From Malacoraja senta (lineage: Eukaryota), in NCBI GenBank assembly GCA_038087875.1, contig CM075984.1, forward strand, positions 14,942,001 through 15,006,000: a stretch of 64,000 nt of DNA. The letters are read 5' to 3'. Below the pieces are notes generated by a model. The model made no database searches, was not told the DNA's origin, and saw nothing but the letters and a program-made list of their open reading frames with translations. This document shows, in pieces, positions 61,621 through 64,000 of the stretch; the first letter of the stretch is position 1, and every line of letters begins with the position of its first letter. The translations under genes were made by a program, and so were the position numbers.

Positions 61621-62703
61621 TGGAGAGCTTTAAGAAGCCAAAGCAGGTGATTGTTACAACTGAGTCCCTACAGCCATCAGGCCAATAATCACTGCAACCT
61701 CCAAATAAGCTCTGAACTCCATAGATTTGGGGGCATTAGTGTTGTTTGTTTGCACCATTGTTGTTTATTTGATTGTTTTATGTGTGTGTATGTATGCATG
61801 TGTGTATATAACCTACACACCAGTTGATCAATATCATTCTGCACCTAAAGGCTATCCTCCTCACTATCAACAACCCTTCCACTTCTCATGTATTTCTGTG
61901 AGTTGGGCACCATCACGAGCTGGTTTGTGTTACCTGGTATAATTGTAAAACCTGATACATTGACTTGACAGTTACTCTTCTCAACAATGGATATTTTCAT
62001 ATGTTTATATTTGTTGGTCAAGCAGGAACACTGTAATCTGCATACGCCCCCTGTATAATTCCCTGAAGTGCAATTCTTGCAGTTCAATGTTAGAATAGCA
62101 TCTCCCCTCCCCTTTGTCATATCTCACACATTTGCCATTCTTTTCATCCCTGCAAATGAGAGAGCGGAGTCCAAGTTTTATGCTGCGGGCTCATTGCATT
62201 TGGAAATTACCTAGAGCTAACAATAAGTGGGACATATTGCTTGCTTTCCAATCGTTTCTATGCAGATTGGTGTTATAGTCTGTTATAGACGTTGGGTTCC
62301 ACTGACACAAATGCGGTGGAACAGAATTTCTGACCACCTCTGCCTGAAGGGGTTACCCAGGATCATCTTCCTGAGTTGGTCAAGGAGATCATGCCTCTGT
62401 CTGGAGATTTTCGGCAGCATACACCAAGCCCTAGCACCCTAAACCGATAATCTTTCCCTCAGTCCTCATCCTTAACCAGAGCAGGATAATTGTTCTCCCA
62501 TTTACTCATTTCCTTTTGTCAGTTTATGATACTATCTACATTCCTGGCTCCATTTTCATTTCTCCCGCAGGATGGAGAATGGTGTGCTTTGTAACATGAT
62601 TGGGTCAAGCTTCTAGGCATTGAATGCAATTCTGAGAACGCTGTGAAGGTTCTGTGAACCTTGTTCTTCACAATTGTTTGCTCTCATTTCAGCAACCATA
62701 AGT

Positions 62704-63006
62704 GTTTAGTTTAGTTTAGCAATACAGCGCGGAAACAGGCCCTTCAGCCCACAGTGTCCATGCCAACCAGCGATCACCATACATTAGCACTATCATACAC
62801 ACATGGGGCAATTTACAATCATTACTAAAGTCAATTAACCTACAAAACTGCATGTCTTTGGAGAGTGAGAGGAATCCGAAGTACTCGGAGAAAACCCATG
62901 GGTAGAATGTACAAATTCAGTACAGACATCGCCTGTAGTCAGAATCGAACTTGGGACTCTGGTGCTGTAAGGCAGCAATTCTACCATTGCGCCACTGTGC
63001 CACCCC
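62704..63006 (-). mobile_element. HE1/V-SINE-like SINE
   Basis: Reverse-complement head, core and (tttag)n tail. Confidence 0.88.
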
Positions 63007-63204
63007 TTTACAATACCATTGAGTCATCATATCAAAAGTCAGAGTCCTGGTTCAGCAAATCCCAGACATACCCTGTACTATTGTTGTGTAAATCCCATAT
63101 CAGTTAGATCAGACTCTGGGCAAATGGAGGATCACCCTTGTCTGCTCCTGTCCTGTTACAGCAACGTGTCATATTCTTCACACTGAGAATGTTGTAGGGC
63201 ATCA

Positions 63205-64000
63205 TTCAGGTAGATACTTTAGAAGAATGAAGGGTGACCTTATTCCAACACATAAACATAACCAAGAACAGTGCAGCACAGGAACTGGCCATTCGGCCCA
63301 CAATGTTTGTGCTGAACATGATGCCAAGTTAAACTGATCATATCTGCCTGTACATGATCCATATCCTTCTATTCATTGCACTTCAATGCACCTATCTAAA
63401 AGCCTTTTAGATGTCATTATCATGAGTGCTTCCACCACCAACCTGGCATTGCATTCCAGGTCCCCACCATTCTCTGTAAAAAACTTACCCTGCACATTTC
63501 CATTAAACTTTCAGCCTCTCACCTTATAGCCTCTTGTGTTAAACATTTCTACACTGGTGAAAAGGTTCTGCCTGTCCACCCTATATGCCTCTCATATAAG
63601 ATATAAGATCCTAAGGGGGCTTGACAGGTAGGTACTGGGATGTTTTTAACTAATGGGAAAGTCTTGAACAAGGAGACTTAACAACAAGATATAGAACCAG
63701 CCATTTAAAACTGAGGCACATAGAAATTTCTCATAAGTTATAGGAGCAGAATTACACTATTATTTGTCCCATTGAGTTAACTCTACCATTCAATCATGGC
63801 TGATCTATCTTTCTCTCTCAACCCCATTCTTCTGCGCTCCTCCCATAGCGTTTGACACCCTTACTAATCAAAGAATCCATCAATCTCTGCTTTAAAAATA
63901 CTCTATAACTTGGTCTCCATAGCCGTATGTGGCATTGAATTCCATAGATTCACCACTCTCTGACGAAAGAAATTCCTCCTCAACTTTGTAAAGGTACCTT
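63205..64000. mobile_element. Cluster of nested CR1 3' fragments (plus-strand host with minus-strand inserts at about 63255-63595 and 63730-64000)
   Basis: RRMKGDLIPT…YKILRGLDR split by an antisense CR1 tail; a further antisense tail runs off the window end. Confidence 0.75.

Larger units (their letters stand above)
1..64000 (+). other. DNER: Internal part of the DNER gene (introns plus three coding exons); the flanking upstream and downstream exons lie outside the window
   Basis: Three collinear + strand exons match consecutive segments of human DNER. I found no match to the preceding exon (…WQPK…MKWDQVE) or the following EGF exon (ATFSCTC…YDAC) inside the window. Confidence 0.85.

Noticed and set aside
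62553-62620. Strong acceptor ttttcatttctcccgcag as the next DNER exon
   Set aside because: The required phase-0 frame stops after 7 codons (DGEWCAL*) and has no match to the expected ATFSCTC…YDAC EGF exon.

Overview
Repeat-rich vertebrate genomic DNA. The SINE/LINE repertoire (HE1/V-SINE-like SINEs, DeuSINE remnants, CR1, Rex-Babar, Penelope) points to a cartilaginous fish, most likely a skate or ray; this is an inference. The whole window appears to lie inside the DNER gene (Delta/Notch-like EGF repeat-containing receptor) on the + strand. Three coding exons are recognisable: 27161-27258, 32864-33029 and 52836-52981, all with canonical AG/GT ends. The middle exon has a 1-nt deletion relative to the conserved reading frame (LLEEM reads ctg gag ag atg), which is either an assembly error or a null allele. 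Everything else is intron packed with mobile elements: many CR1 LINE fragments, one young Rex-Babar LINE 3' end, about 20 tRNA-derived SINE copies or fragments sharing a CR1 3' tail, seven PIF/Harbinger-type MITEs (five with TWA duplications), a non-autonomous hAT element carrying captured retroelement cargo, Penelope-like remnants with minimal hammerhead-ribozyme cores (often as palindromes), and an unnamed GC-rich, structured, non-coding retroposon family with a Rex-like tail. There are two assembly gaps. Almost all ORFs in the supplied track are TE fragments or noise. Repeat boundaries were read by eye and are approximate unless a TIR, TSD or splice site is quoted. Protein comparisons are to human sequences recalled from memory.
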